Part shown: positions 17,732-26,433 of the stretch, piece by piece | How the letters are laid out: each line of letters starts with the position of its first letter | Numbering within the stretch: the first letter of the stretch is position 1 | Sequence record: SRR2962707_624 | DNA: 42,166 bases | Reading direction: 5' to 3' (one strand) | The notes under the pieces: generated by a model | Told to the model about the DNA's origin: nothing | Database searches by the model: none | Seen by the model: only the letters and a program-made list of their open reading frames with translations | Made by a program: the position numbers and the translations under genes

Positions 17732-17989
17732 CTATCGCGCGGGCGAGGAATTCGCGTCTTCATGCGAGGCATGCCGTGCATTCGCAGCCTGCTTGCGGCG
17801 ACGCATCATGCGGCGGACCGGCCAGCCGACGATGAAAACGAGCGCGGCGCCAACTGCCATGACGACGCCGATGAGCGCGCCTACAACGCTGAGCCCGGCG
17901 CCCGGACCGACATAAGCCATGGCGGGACTGGCAAGGGCGAACACCGCTGCGAAGCTCGCGAGGAACAAGGTCTTGTGTTTCGCAATCAT
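17732..17989 (-). CDS. Small membrane protein with signal peptide and YxGPG motif (85 aa)
   Basis: Sec signal ending PAMA, then YVGPGAG, one TM helix and a basic tail RRMMRRRK. AGGAG RBS and ATGA overlap with the upstream gene. Confidence 0.85.
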   Translation of the reverse strand: MIAKHKTLFLASFAAVFALASPAMAYVGPGAGLSVVGALIGVVMAVGAALVFIVGWPVRRMMRRRKQAANARHASHEDANSSPAR

Positions 17990-19401
17990 CTTCTTCGTAC
18001 TCCTTCTTGCATGTCGCCCGAGGCGTATTCCGGTTTCGGCTCGAACGAGGGATCGAGTTCAGCGGGCACGTAGCGGCGGCCCCATGCGACGATCGGAATT
18101 TTCTTGTCGCCTTCGCCCCCGCGCACCGGGTTCACATATTCCCAGGCGATCTCGCCCTCGGGCGTGACTTCGAGAAGACGGCCTGCCTGAGATTCCGTTA
18201 TCAGCGTGTTGCCGTTCGACAGGCGCATCGCCTCCGAGCGCAGAACGCTCTTCAACGGATCTTCCTTCGTCCCTTCGTAGGCCCACACGATTTCCATCGT
18301 CTCGGGATTGAACTCGATGACCCGCGATCCGCCGGGACCGTTGTAGTTTCCGTTGTTGTCGAACAGGAGAACATTGCCGTTCGCGAGCGGTTCCGCATCG
18401 TGCTGCCCGACCCAGGGACCGAGCGTGCCCCAGACGATCTCTTCCGTTTTCGGGTCGAACACGGCAACGAGCTTCAGATTGCGAATGCTGAGCATGAGAT
18501 CGCCCTCACGCGCCATGGACATTGCCTGTCCCGCTTCCGCGCCGACTTGCTTCACCGAATTCGTGTGAAGCGGGTCCTGCGCGGTGCGCCGCGAAAGGCC
18601 GCCGAGAAGCCACTTGAAGGGAGAGTTCGCGACGGCCTCAAGAAGCGAGACGCGCTTCTCGACTTCACCATCGGGCGACAGGATGACGAGGAAGTCCTCG
18701 ATGAGCGGCGTTTCGAGCCCTTGTCCCTCGACCGGCTCGTGGCGCATCTCGTGCGTGAGCGCGTAGATCGTGCCGTCCGCGCCGACCTCGACATCGTGAT
18801 GCGCGCGTTCGTCGAGATAGCTCCAGATGACGTTTGAATTCTTGTCGAGCTTGACGAGCCCAAGGCCCCAGGGCGTGTCGCCGGAGCCCTCATAGACGGC
18901 GAGCAGATCGCCATTCGGATACATGTAGCTTTTGCGGATATAGATATGAGGGCCGAGCGTGCCTGCCGCTTCAGTCTCCTCTGTCCATATCTTTTCCGGC
19001 GGCGTGAACCAGCGGTGAACTTCGCGGCCTTTCATGTCGACGAGAAAGGCGCTCGGCTCGTGCGACGAGGTGTAAAGCGTGTAGCCTTCAAGCGCGGTGT
19101 CGGGGTCGTGCGCGACGACACCCTTGTCTTCACCGCGCGCGTCGTACCAGAGATCTGTCTGGTACCGGTCGCCGAATTGCGTCGCCTGCGCATATAGCGC
19201 ACCCGCGGCATCATGCGCATTCGTCAGCAGCTTGTAAGGCGGCACGCGCGCAAGCACGACCCATGCGCCGATGAGGAAGGCGATCAGAGCTATGGAAAAC
19301 ACGAAGAAGGCAGGAGCGACCCACCCGCCATTCGGGTCTTCGCTCGTTTCATCGCGGGACTGGCTTTGAAAGGAATCCGACTCGGCGTGCCGATAGGTCA
19401 T
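17986..19401 (-). CDS. Arylsulfotransferase (ASST)-family beta-propeller, N-terminal membrane anchor
   Basis: One N-terminal TM. His motifs AHHDV, LHTNSV and QHDA, plus NGNVLLFDN and RLSNGNTLITES propeller repeats. Confidence 0.88.
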   Translation of the reverse strand: MTYRHAESDSFQSQSRDETSEDPNGGWVAPAFFVFSIALIAFLIGAWVVLARVPPYKLLTNAHDAAGALYAQATQFGDRYQTDLWYDARGEDKGVVAHDPDTALEGYTLYTSSHEPSAFLVDMKGREVHRWFTPPEKIWTEETEAAGTLGPHIYIRKSYMYPNGDLLAVYEGSGDTPWGLGLVKLDKNSNVIWSYLDERAHHDVEVGADGTIYALTHEMRHEPVEGQGLETPLIEDFLVILSPDGEVEKRVSLLEAVANSPFKWLLGGLSRRTAQDPLHTNSVKQVGAEAGQAMSMAREGDLMLSIRNLKLVAVFDPKTEEIVWGTLGPWVGQHDAEPLANGNVLLFDNNGNYNGPGGSRVIEFNPETMEIVWAYEGTKEDPLKSVLRSEAMRLSNGNTLITESQAGRLLEVTPEGEIAWEYVNPVRGGEGDKKIPIVAWGRRYVPAELDPSFEPKPEYASGDMQEGVRRR

Positions 19402-19619
19402 TGTTTTTCTGCCTACTGCGATCCGCCCAAGGGGATCGAAGCGCCCGGGCATGGCGAGAAAAAGACCGAAGCGGGGCATTAACGGGGCGGGCCTGCATTT
19501 TCAGGACTGTGCTCTTCGCATCTGCACGCAAGCACATGCACGCCAAATCCGCCGTTAAGAACTTGATACAAACGCCGCCGCATTCGACACTCGGAAAACC
19601 AAACACCTGGGGGGAAATC

Positions 19620-20600
19620 ATGGGTCTCGGTCTCAGCCGCTTTCAATACACGAAGGGCCTGCACGATCTCGGCAATGGCGGCTACGCCTGGCTGCAGCCG
19701 GATGGCGGCTGGGGCTGGTCGAATGCGGGTCTCGTCGTCGATCAAGGCGAGAGCTTCCTGATCGACACGCTGTTCGACGTACCGCTGACGAAGGAAATGC
19801 TCGACGCGATGCGCAAGGCCGAGCCGAAAGCGGCGGCGAAGATCGGCACCCTCGTCAACACGCATCACAATGGCGACCATTGCAACGGCAACGAATGCTG
19901 CCATGGCGCCGAAATCATCGCGCACAAGCTCGCAGTCGAAGGTATGCGTCACGAACCGCCGGCGCTGCTCGCGGGCTTCCTCGACATGGCGCCGGAGCTC
20001 GGCGACCTCGGAAGATATGTGACGCAATGTTTTGGGCCCTTCGACTTCAAGGGCGTGACGCAGACGCTGCCGACCACGACTTTCGAGACTGAACTGACAC
20101 GGCATGTCGGGTCCAAGGAAATCCGCATCATGCATGTCGGTCCCGCGCATACGCCGGGCGATGCGCTCGTGTATGTCCCCGCCGACAAGACCGTCTTCAC
20201 CGGCGACATTCTTTTCATCGAAGGCCATCCCATCATGTGGGAGGGACCGGTTTCAAACTGGATCGATGCCTGCGACCGGATCATCGCGATGGACGTGGAA
20301 ACAGTGGTGCCGGGCCACGGGCCGATTACGGGCAAGAACGGTGTGAAGGCGGTGCGCGACTATCTCGTCTATATCCGCGATGAGGCGAGGAAGCGCCACG
20401 ATGCCGGCCTCACCGCTTTCGACGCCGCCCTCGATATCGACATGACGGATTACGACAGCTGGGGCGACGGCGAGCGGATCGTCGTCAATGTCTCGACGCT
20501 CTACAAGGAGTTTTCGGGCGACGACACGCCGAACGATGTGCCGACGATCTTCGGTCAGATGGCGGAACTCACAAAACGGCAGGGCCGCCTGAGAAGCTGA
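19620..20600 (+). CDS. MBL-fold metallo-hydrolase (cyclase-like)
   Basis: Motifs GWSNAG, IDT, NTHHNGDHCNGN, AHTPGD, FTGD and VPGHGP. Confidence 0.92.
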   Translation: MGLGLSRFQYTKGLHDLGNGGYAWLQPDGGWGWSNAGLVVDQGESFLIDTLFDVPLTKEMLDAMRKAEPKAAAKIGTLVNTHHNGDHCNGNECCHGAEIIAHKLAVEGMRHEPPALLAGFLDMAPELGDLGRYVTQCFGPFDFKGVTQTLPTTTFETELTRHVGSKEIRIMHVGPAHTPGDALVYVPADKTVFTGDILFIEGHPIMWEGPVSNWIDACDRIIAMDVETVVPGHGPITGKNGVKAVRDYLVYIRDEARKRHDAGLTAFDAALDIDMTDYDSWGDGERIVVNVSTLYKEFSGDDTPNDVPTIFGQMAELTKRQGRLRS

Positions 20601-20713
20601 CGCCGCGTCTTCCCCGCAATTGGAAGGCGTCACGCTTCCGTGATCGCGGGAACGGTGGACAGCCAACCACCGACACCCGATGATCCCCGCCAATGGACCA
20701 AGGGGAGGCCGTC

Positions 20714-21499
20714 ATGATCACGCTCTATGAACACCCGCTTTCGCCCTATGCGCAGAAGGTGAAGATCAGCGCCCGCGAAAAGGGCATTGAACTCGACCTG
20801 AAGACACCGGACGGCGTGGGGGTCGGAAATGCGCGAGGAGAGTTTGTCGACGCCAATCCGCGCGCCGAAGTGCCGGCGCTGATCGACGGAAACACGCGCA
20901 TCTTCGATTCGACCATCATCCTCGAATATCTGGAAGACAAGTTCCCCACGCCAGCCATGCTGCCCTCCACGCCCGCGGAACGCGCCCGCGTCCGCATAAT
21001 CGAGGAAGTGTGCGACACGCATTATGAAGCGATCAACTGGGGCCTCGGCGAACTCGCCTGGTTCGGTCGGGCGAAAGGCGCGAAGGCGGACGACATCCGG
21101 GCACGCGCTGCGACGCAAACGGCGAAAATCCAGAACTGGCTGACGAAGCAGCTTGGGGCCGCCGACTGGTTCAACGGCAAGACACTCGGCTGGGGCGACC
21201 TTTCGGTCGTTCCTTACGTGAACGGCTCCGTGGGCCTCGGCAACGCACCGGAAGAAGGCTCGGCGCTCGGCAAGTGGCTCGCGCGCGCGAACGCCCGCCC
21301 GAGCGTTGCGCAGACAGCAAAGGAATCCGTGGACAGCATGGCCGGCGTGAAGATGCTTGGCGAACTCCTGGAACAGGGACTCTTCACGCGGGAGTACCGC
21401 GACCATCGCCTTGAATGGATGATGAAGACAGGCGGACCCGAGATCGTTCTCGACGGGTTGAAGAAGAACAACATCCGCTACAGCTACGAATTCGAATAG
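20714..21499 (+). CDS. Glutathione S-transferase family protein
   Basis: Motifs LYEHPLSPYAQKV, NPRAEVPAL and DSTIILEYLEDKFP. GGAGG RBS before ATG 20714. Confidence 0.93.
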   Translation: MITLYEHPLSPYAQKVKISAREKGIELDLKTPDGVGVGNARGEFVDANPRAEVPALIDGNTRIFDSTIILEYLEDKFPTPAMLPSTPAERARVRIIEEVCDTHYEAINWGLGELAWFGRAKGAKADDIRARAATQTAKIQNWLTKQLGAADWFNGKTLGWGDLSVVPYVNGSVGLGNAPEEGSALGKWLARANARPSVAQTAKESVDSMAGVKMLGELLEQGLFTREYRDHRLEWMMKTGGPEIVLDGLKKNNIRYSYEFE

Positions 21500-21508
21500 G
21501 AAATGCTC

Positions 21509-22441
21509 ATGTCTGCGAATGCTCAATCGATCATCCTCCACCAATACGACATCTCGCCTTTCTCGGAGAAGGTGCGCGTGGTGCTCGGCATCAAGGGGCT
21601 CGACTGGTTCGCCTGCGATGAGCCCGTCATCATGCCGAAGCCGGAACTTGTGGCGCTGACCGGCGGCTATCGCAAGATTCCGGTGATGCAGATCGGCGCC
21701 GACATTTATTGCGACACACAGATCATCATCCGGGAACTGGAGAAGCGTTTTCCGGCGCCCTCCATTTTTACCGGTGGCGACAACGGGCTCGGCTGGGGCG
21801 TTGGCATGTGGACCGATCGCACCTTCTTCAACGCGGCGGTCGCGGTTATCTTCGGCGGCGCGCCGGATGTGATGGGAGATGATTTCAAGGAAGACCGCTC
21901 GAAACTGATGGGCCGGTCCTTCGACACAGACGCCATGAAGGCGGCGGCGCCCCTGATGGCCGAACAGCTTCGCGCCAATTTCGGCTGGCTTGAGGAGCAA
22001 CTTGACGACGGCCGCGCCTTCCTGATGGGGGCGGAGCCCGGCATCGCCGACGCCAATGCTTATTACAATATCGCCTTTATTCGCTGGATTTATCCCGACG
22101 GCGCAAGGAGCGCCGACGCCATGCCGAAACTCGCCGCATGGGAAAAGCGCGTTGCCGAAATCGGCCATGGAAACCGGCAGGAGATTTCCCGGGACGGTGC
22201 ACTCGACATTGCGAAGGCCGCAACGAGCACCGAAGAAACGAAAGCCGATCCCGGCGAGCCGAACGGATTGAAACCCGGCGACACCGTGACCGTCATGGCG
22301 GACGATTATGGGCGCGATCCGATTTCGGGCGAACTCGTCTCCTCATCGGCGCAGCACATCGCGCTGAAGCGGAACGATCCGCGCGTGGGTGACGTGGTGA
22401 TGCACTTTCCGAGGGCGGGCTTCTTCGTGATGAAGTCGTGA
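21509..22441 (+). CDS. Glutathione S-transferase family protein with C-terminal extension (alternative start 21503)
   Basis: Motifs SPFSEKVR, GYRKIPVMQIGADIYCDT, DYGRDP and VMHFPRAGF. Confidence 0.92.
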   Translation: MSANAQSIILHQYDISPFSEKVRVVLGIKGLDWFACDEPVIMPKPELVALTGGYRKIPVMQIGADIYCDTQIIIRELEKRFPAPSIFTGGDNGLGWGVGMWTDRTFFNAAVAVIFGGAPDVMGDDFKEDRSKLMGRSFDTDAMKAAAPLMAEQLRANFGWLEEQLDDGRAFLMGAEPGIADANAYYNIAFIRWIYPDGARSADAMPKLAAWEKRVAEIGHGNRQEISRDGALDIAKAATSTEETKADPGEPNGLKPGDTVTVMADDYGRDPISGELVSSSAQHIALKRNDPRVGDVVMHFPRAGFFVMKS

Positions 22442-22454
22442 TTGTCGCGCACGC

Positions 22455-23522
22455 ATGACGCCCGAGCTCGGCACCATTGAAGGTTTTTACGGACAGCCAT
22501 GGAGTTGGGAGGCGCGCGCCGCCCATGCAAGCGCGCTCGCGCCGCATGGCTATCGCTTCTATCTCTACGCGCCGAAGGCCGACGCCTTCCTGCGGCGGCG
22601 CTGGGCCGAGCCTCACCCGGACGGCGAGATCGAACGTCTCGCGAGCCTTGCCGCGCATTGCCGGGCGGAAGGTGTGCGCTTCGGCGTTGGCCTCAGCCCT
22701 TACGAACTCTATCTCGGTTTCGACGAGGCGGCGCGCGAGGCGCTCGCCCTAAAGCTCCATGAACTCGATGACATCGGCATCGACGATCTCGCCATCCTGT
22801 TCGACGACATGCGCGGCGACCTGCCCGGCCTTGCGGAGAAACAGATCGAGATTGTGGACTTCGCCGCTGAACGCTCGAAAGCCGGACGGCTGATCGTCTG
22901 CCCGAGCTACTACACCGACGATCCGATCCTCGACCGCGTCTTCGGCGAGCGGCCGGCGGGGTATCTTGAAACGCTGGGGGCGGCGCTCGATCCCGCCATC
23001 GAGGTTTTCTGGACGGGCCCGCGCGTCTGCTCGAAGGAAATCGGCGTCGAACATCTCGCCCGCACTGGCGAAACGCTGGGACGCAAACCCTTTATCTGGG
23101 ACAACTACCCGGTGAATGACGGGCAGCGCATGTCGCCCTTCCTGCATCTGCGCGGCTTCACCGGTCGCGACGCGGAAATCGGCGACAGCATTGCGGCGCA
23201 TGGTGTGAACCCGGCGTCGCAACCGTGCCTGAGCCGCATTCCGATGCTGACGCTCGAAACGGTTTATGCTGATGCCGGAACTTATGACGCAGACGCTGCC
23301 TTCCGCGCAGCGGCGGAAGCAGTCGCGGGACCGGAGCTTGCCCGCCTGATCGAGGCCGACCTCGACCTCCTGCAGGACAAGGGGCTCGACTGCCTGAGCG
23401 AAAAGGAAACGGCGGCGCTGCGAAACCGCTACACCGCCGTCGACAATCCTTGCGCCCGCGAAATCGTCCAGTGGCTTGACGGCCACTGGCGCATCACGAA
23501 CGAAACGGTGCTGACGCAGTAA
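22455..23522 (+). CDS. GH84 beta-N-acetylglucosaminidase (O-GlcNAcase/hyaluronidase-like) catalytic domain protein
   Basis: Motifs GTIEGFYGQPWS, YLYAPKAD, LFDDM (catalytic Asp-Asp), FWTGP and WDNYPVND. Confidence 0.92.
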   Translation: MTPELGTIEGFYGQPWSWEARAAHASALAPHGYRFYLYAPKADAFLRRRWAEPHPDGEIERLASLAAHCRAEGVRFGVGLSPYELYLGFDEAAREALALKLHELDDIGIDDLAILFDDMRGDLPGLAEKQIEIVDFAAERSKAGRLIVCPSYYTDDPILDRVFGERPAGYLETLGAALDPAIEVFWTGPRVCSKEIGVEHLARTGETLGRKPFIWDNYPVNDGQRMSPFLHLRGFTGRDAEIGDSIAAHGVNPASQPCLSRIPMLTLETVYADAGTYDADAAFRAAAEAVAGPELARLIEADLDLLQDKGLDCLSEKETAALRNRYTAVDNPCAREIVQWLDGHWRITNETVLTQ

Positions 23523-23528
23523 CGTGCG

Positions 23529-24347
23529 TCAGCGGGCCGTCATGCCGCCATCAATGACAAGCTCCGTGCCCGTCATGTAGCGAGACTCATCGGAGGCCAG
23601 AAACACGATGCCCGCCGCAATATCCGCGGGAAGACCCGCATAGCCGAGCGGGGCGCCGGTCGCGGCGATCGCATTCGGATCGATCGTGTTGGCGCCGTCT
23701 GCGAGTTTCAGCACGCTGGACGCGAGCGCACCGACACCGCCTCCACTCTGCGGGATCTTCTGCCAGATCGCCGTGTCGATGATGCCGGGATGAACCGAGT
23801 TCACACGAACATTCATCTCCGCCTGCGCACATTCAAGCGCGACAGCCTTGGTGAAGAGGCGGACCGCACCCTTGGTCGCGCAGTACGCGGCAAGCCCCGG
23901 CGCGCCCTGCAGACCCGCGACGGACGAGATATTGATCACCGATCCGCCGCCCGAGGCTGCGATGAGCGGGATACCATGTTTCACGCCGAAGAAAACGCCA
24001 TCGACGTTGATCGCCTGTTGACGGGTCCAGTCCTCGTAGGACATCTCGAAGATCGAAGCGCCGATGCCGATACCCGCATTGTTGACGAGGATGTGGAGAC
24101 CCGCGAACTCGTCCTTCACGGCCGCGACGATCTCACGCCACCGCTCCTCGCTCGTCACATCCTGCTTGTGCGAACTGGCTGTGCCGCCCGCCTTGCGGAT
24201 AATCTCAACCGTTTCCTTGAGCCCTGCCTCATCCACATCCGTGACGACGACTTTCGCCCCCTCGGCTGCGAGGGCGATAGCCGCGCCGCGCCCGATGCCG
24301 CTTGCCGCGCCCGTAATCAGCGCCACCTTGCCGCTTACCCGTCCCAT
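23529..24347 (-). CDS. SDR-family oxidoreductase (hydroxysteroid/cyclic alcohol dehydrogenase-like)
   Basis: Motifs TGAASGIG, NNAGI, NISS, YCATKGAVR, RVNSVHPG and IDGG. GGAG RBS before ATG 24347. Confidence 0.94.
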   Translation of the reverse strand: MGRVSGKVALITGAASGIGRGAAIALAAEGAKVVVTDVDEAGLKETVEIIRKAGGTASSHKQDVTSEERWREIVAAVKDEFAGLHILVNNAGIGIGASIFEMSYEDWTRQQAINVDGVFFGVKHGIPLIAASGGGSVINISSVAGLQGAPGLAAYCATKGAVRLFTKAVALECAQAEMNVRVNSVHPGIIDTAIWQKIPQSGGGVGALASSVLKLADGANTIDPNAIAATGAPLGYAGLPADIAAGIVFLASDESRYMTGTELVIDGGMTAR

Positions 24348-24453
24348 GCTTTTCTCCCGGAATCTTCTTATGGTTTGCAGTCCAAGTCTTAGGGTATGTG
24401 CCCTAGGCCCGCAACGTCCCAGCCCATCCCGGAGCGCAGGCTGAAATGCGGGC

Positions 24454-24483
24454 TTGAGAAAAAATATACCAAAGTCTATTTTT
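24454..24483 (+). promoter_or_regulatory. Putative sigma70 promoter with overlapping palindromic TetR operator
   Basis: TTGAGA(24454-24459)-N17-TATTTT(24477-24482). Inverted repeat AAAAATATAC-caaa-GTCTATTTTT matches 9/10. Confidence 0.6.
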
Positions 24484-24506
24484 GGAAGAACAAACCAAGG
24501 GCTGGC

Positions 24507-25142
24507 ATGACCAAACTTCTGAAAACGACCCGCAACACGCAATCCAGAGAGGATGCCAAGCCGCAACGCGCCGGCAAGAAGGAGCGCACGCGGCAGGAAA
24601 TCTACCGGGCCGCAATGGAGCTTTTCGCCGAGCGCGACTACGACAAGGTGACCATTGAGGACATCTGCGCGTCCGCCGGGATTGCCAAGGCAACATTTTT
24701 TCTTCACTTCGCCGGCAAGTCCGCCCTCATCACCGCCTTCAACGAAGAGATTACGCGCTCGCTGACTGAACGGCTTGCCGGACATTCGGGCAGCGCGGAA
24801 GAAGAGCTGATGCTGCTTGTTTCAGTGCTTCGCGAGGCATGGGAGGCGAATGCTGCCGTCATGCAGAAGATGCTGAGCGAGTTTCTCGACCAGCCCGCGC
24901 TTCTTGCCAAGGCGGCGGCAGCGAACGAAAGCGTACTCGATCTCGTGACGAGGATCGTCGCGCGGGGACAGAAGCGCGGCGAGTTCACGGATGCCTGCCC
25001 GCCGCAAGTCGCGGCGGTCGCACTCGTTTCCGCTTGGAGCGCCTTCACCGCTTGGTGGACGCAAAACCCCGACGTCGACAACGACGACATCAATCTGGGT
25101 CTTATCGAATTTCAGCTCAACGGTCTCAAGAAGAAGGTCTGA
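24507..25142 (+). CDS. TetR/AcrR-family transcriptional regulator
   Basis: TRQEIYRAAMELFAERDYDKVTIEDICASAGIAKATFFLHFAGK HTH. Confidence 0.93.
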   Translation: MTKLLKTTRNTQSREDAKPQRAGKKERTRQEIYRAAMELFAERDYDKVTIEDICASAGIAKATFFLHFAGKSALITAFNEEITRSLTERLAGHSGSAEEELMLLVSVLREAWEANAAVMQKMLSEFLDQPALLAKAAAANESVLDLVTRIVARGQKRGEFTDACPPQVAAVALVSAWSAFTAWWTQNPDVDNDDINLGLIEFQLNGLKKKV

Positions 25143-25168
25143 GCAACCGGCACTTCAGGGAGAAAAAC

Positions 25169-26344
25169 ATGAGCAAGCTGCGCAGCGGTATTTTCCTCGC
25201 CCCTTTCCATCCTGTGGACGAAGACCCGACACGGGCGATCCGCCGCGACATCGAACTGATCGAGTGGCTCGACAAGCTCGGCTTCGAGGAAGCCTGGATC
25301 GGCGAACATCACTCGGCGGGCTACGAGATCATCGCGAGCCCGGAACTCTTTATCGCCGCCGCCGCCGAACGCACGAACCGCATCAAGCTCGGCACCGGCG
25401 TCGTTTCGCTGCCCTATCACAACCCGCTGATGGCCGCGAACCGCATCATCCAGCTCGACCACATGACGCAAGGCCGCGTGATGTTCGGCGTCGGTCCCGG
25501 CCTCTTGCCGTCCGACGCCTACATGCTCGGCATCGAAGTGGCAAAGCAGCGCGAGCGCATGGTTGAGTCGCTCGAAGTAATCCTGCGTCTCTTCAAGGGC
25601 GAGACGGTCACTGCCGAGACCGAGTGGTTCAAGCTCAACAAGGCGAAGCTCCAGCTCCGTCCCTTCAGCGATCCCTATCCCGAAGTTGCCGTTGCAAGCT
25701 CCGTGACGCCTTCCGGCGGCAAGCTTGCAGGCACGCACGGTCTCGGGATGCTCTGCGTCGCGGCGACCAATACGGCGGGCTATGACGCACTCGGCATCAA
25801 CTGGGAAGTGGCGAACAAGGTTGCCGCCGAGAACGGCACGACGATGAACCCGTCGAAACTCCGCCTTGTCGGCCCGATGCATCTCGCCGAAACTCGCGAG
25901 GAGGCGCGCGAACAAGTGAAATATGGTTTCCACAAATGGCGCCACTATTTCGGGTCCATCAATCCGATGGGGCTCGACACCGCGGATGGCAAGGACCCTG
26001 TCGACGCCATGATCGAAAGCGGCCAGGGCATCATCGGCACGCCCGATGACGCCATTGCCCAGATCGAGCGGCTGCAGGAAAAGATTCCGGGCTTCGGCGC
26101 CTATCTGATGCTCGCCCACAACTGGGCGAACTTCGAAAACACCAAACGCTCCTATGAACTCTTCGCCCGCCACGTGAAGCCGAAATTCCACGGCGCGAAT
26201 ACCGCCCGCGAGGAAAGCCTCGCATGGGCGACCGAAAACTCCGTCGAGTTCATCGGTGCGGCCATGAACGCCGCGATGCAGACCATCCAGAAGCATCAGG
26301 CCGAGGAAGAAGCCAAGACCAGATCGCGCGGCGCCGCGGACTAA
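25169..26344 (+). CDS. LLM-class flavin-dependent monooxygenase (limonene 1,2-monooxygenase-like)
   Basis: Motifs GIFLAPFH, AWIGEHHSAG, GTGVVSLPYHNP, LDHMTQGR and GTPDD. GGAG RBS before ATG 25169. Confidence 0.93.
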   Translation: MSKLRSGIFLAPFHPVDEDPTRAIRRDIELIEWLDKLGFEEAWIGEHHSAGYEIIASPELFIAAAAERTNRIKLGTGVVSLPYHNPLMAANRIIQLDHMTQGRVMFGVGPGLLPSDAYMLGIEVAKQRERMVESLEVILRLFKGETVTAETEWFKLNKAKLQLRPFSDPYPEVAVASSVTPSGGKLAGTHGLGMLCVAATNTAGYDALGINWEVANKVAAENGTTMNPSKLRLVGPMHLAETREEAREQVKYGFHKWRHYFGSINPMGLDTADGKDPVDAMIESGQGIIGTPDDAIAQIERLQEKIPGFGAYLMLAHNWANFENTKRSYELFARHVKPKFHGANTAREESLAWATENSVEFIGAAMNAAMQTIQKHQAEEEAKTRSRGAAD

Positions 26345-26433
26345 CCGCCACCGGCCACGTGAAATATTGGGACAAGTGGCCTTGCGGAAAGTCGGATAGA
26401 GCCAACAGAATTTGAAACCAAGGAAACGGAACC

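Noticed and set aside
24839-25168. Upstream extensions given by the ORF track for several genes (LLM from 24839, MBL from 19401, gluQ from 35307, SDR to 24785, esterase to 10092)
   Set aside because: They overlap neighbouring genes or promoters. Downstream ATGs coincide with the start of family homology, and most have SD-like sequences.
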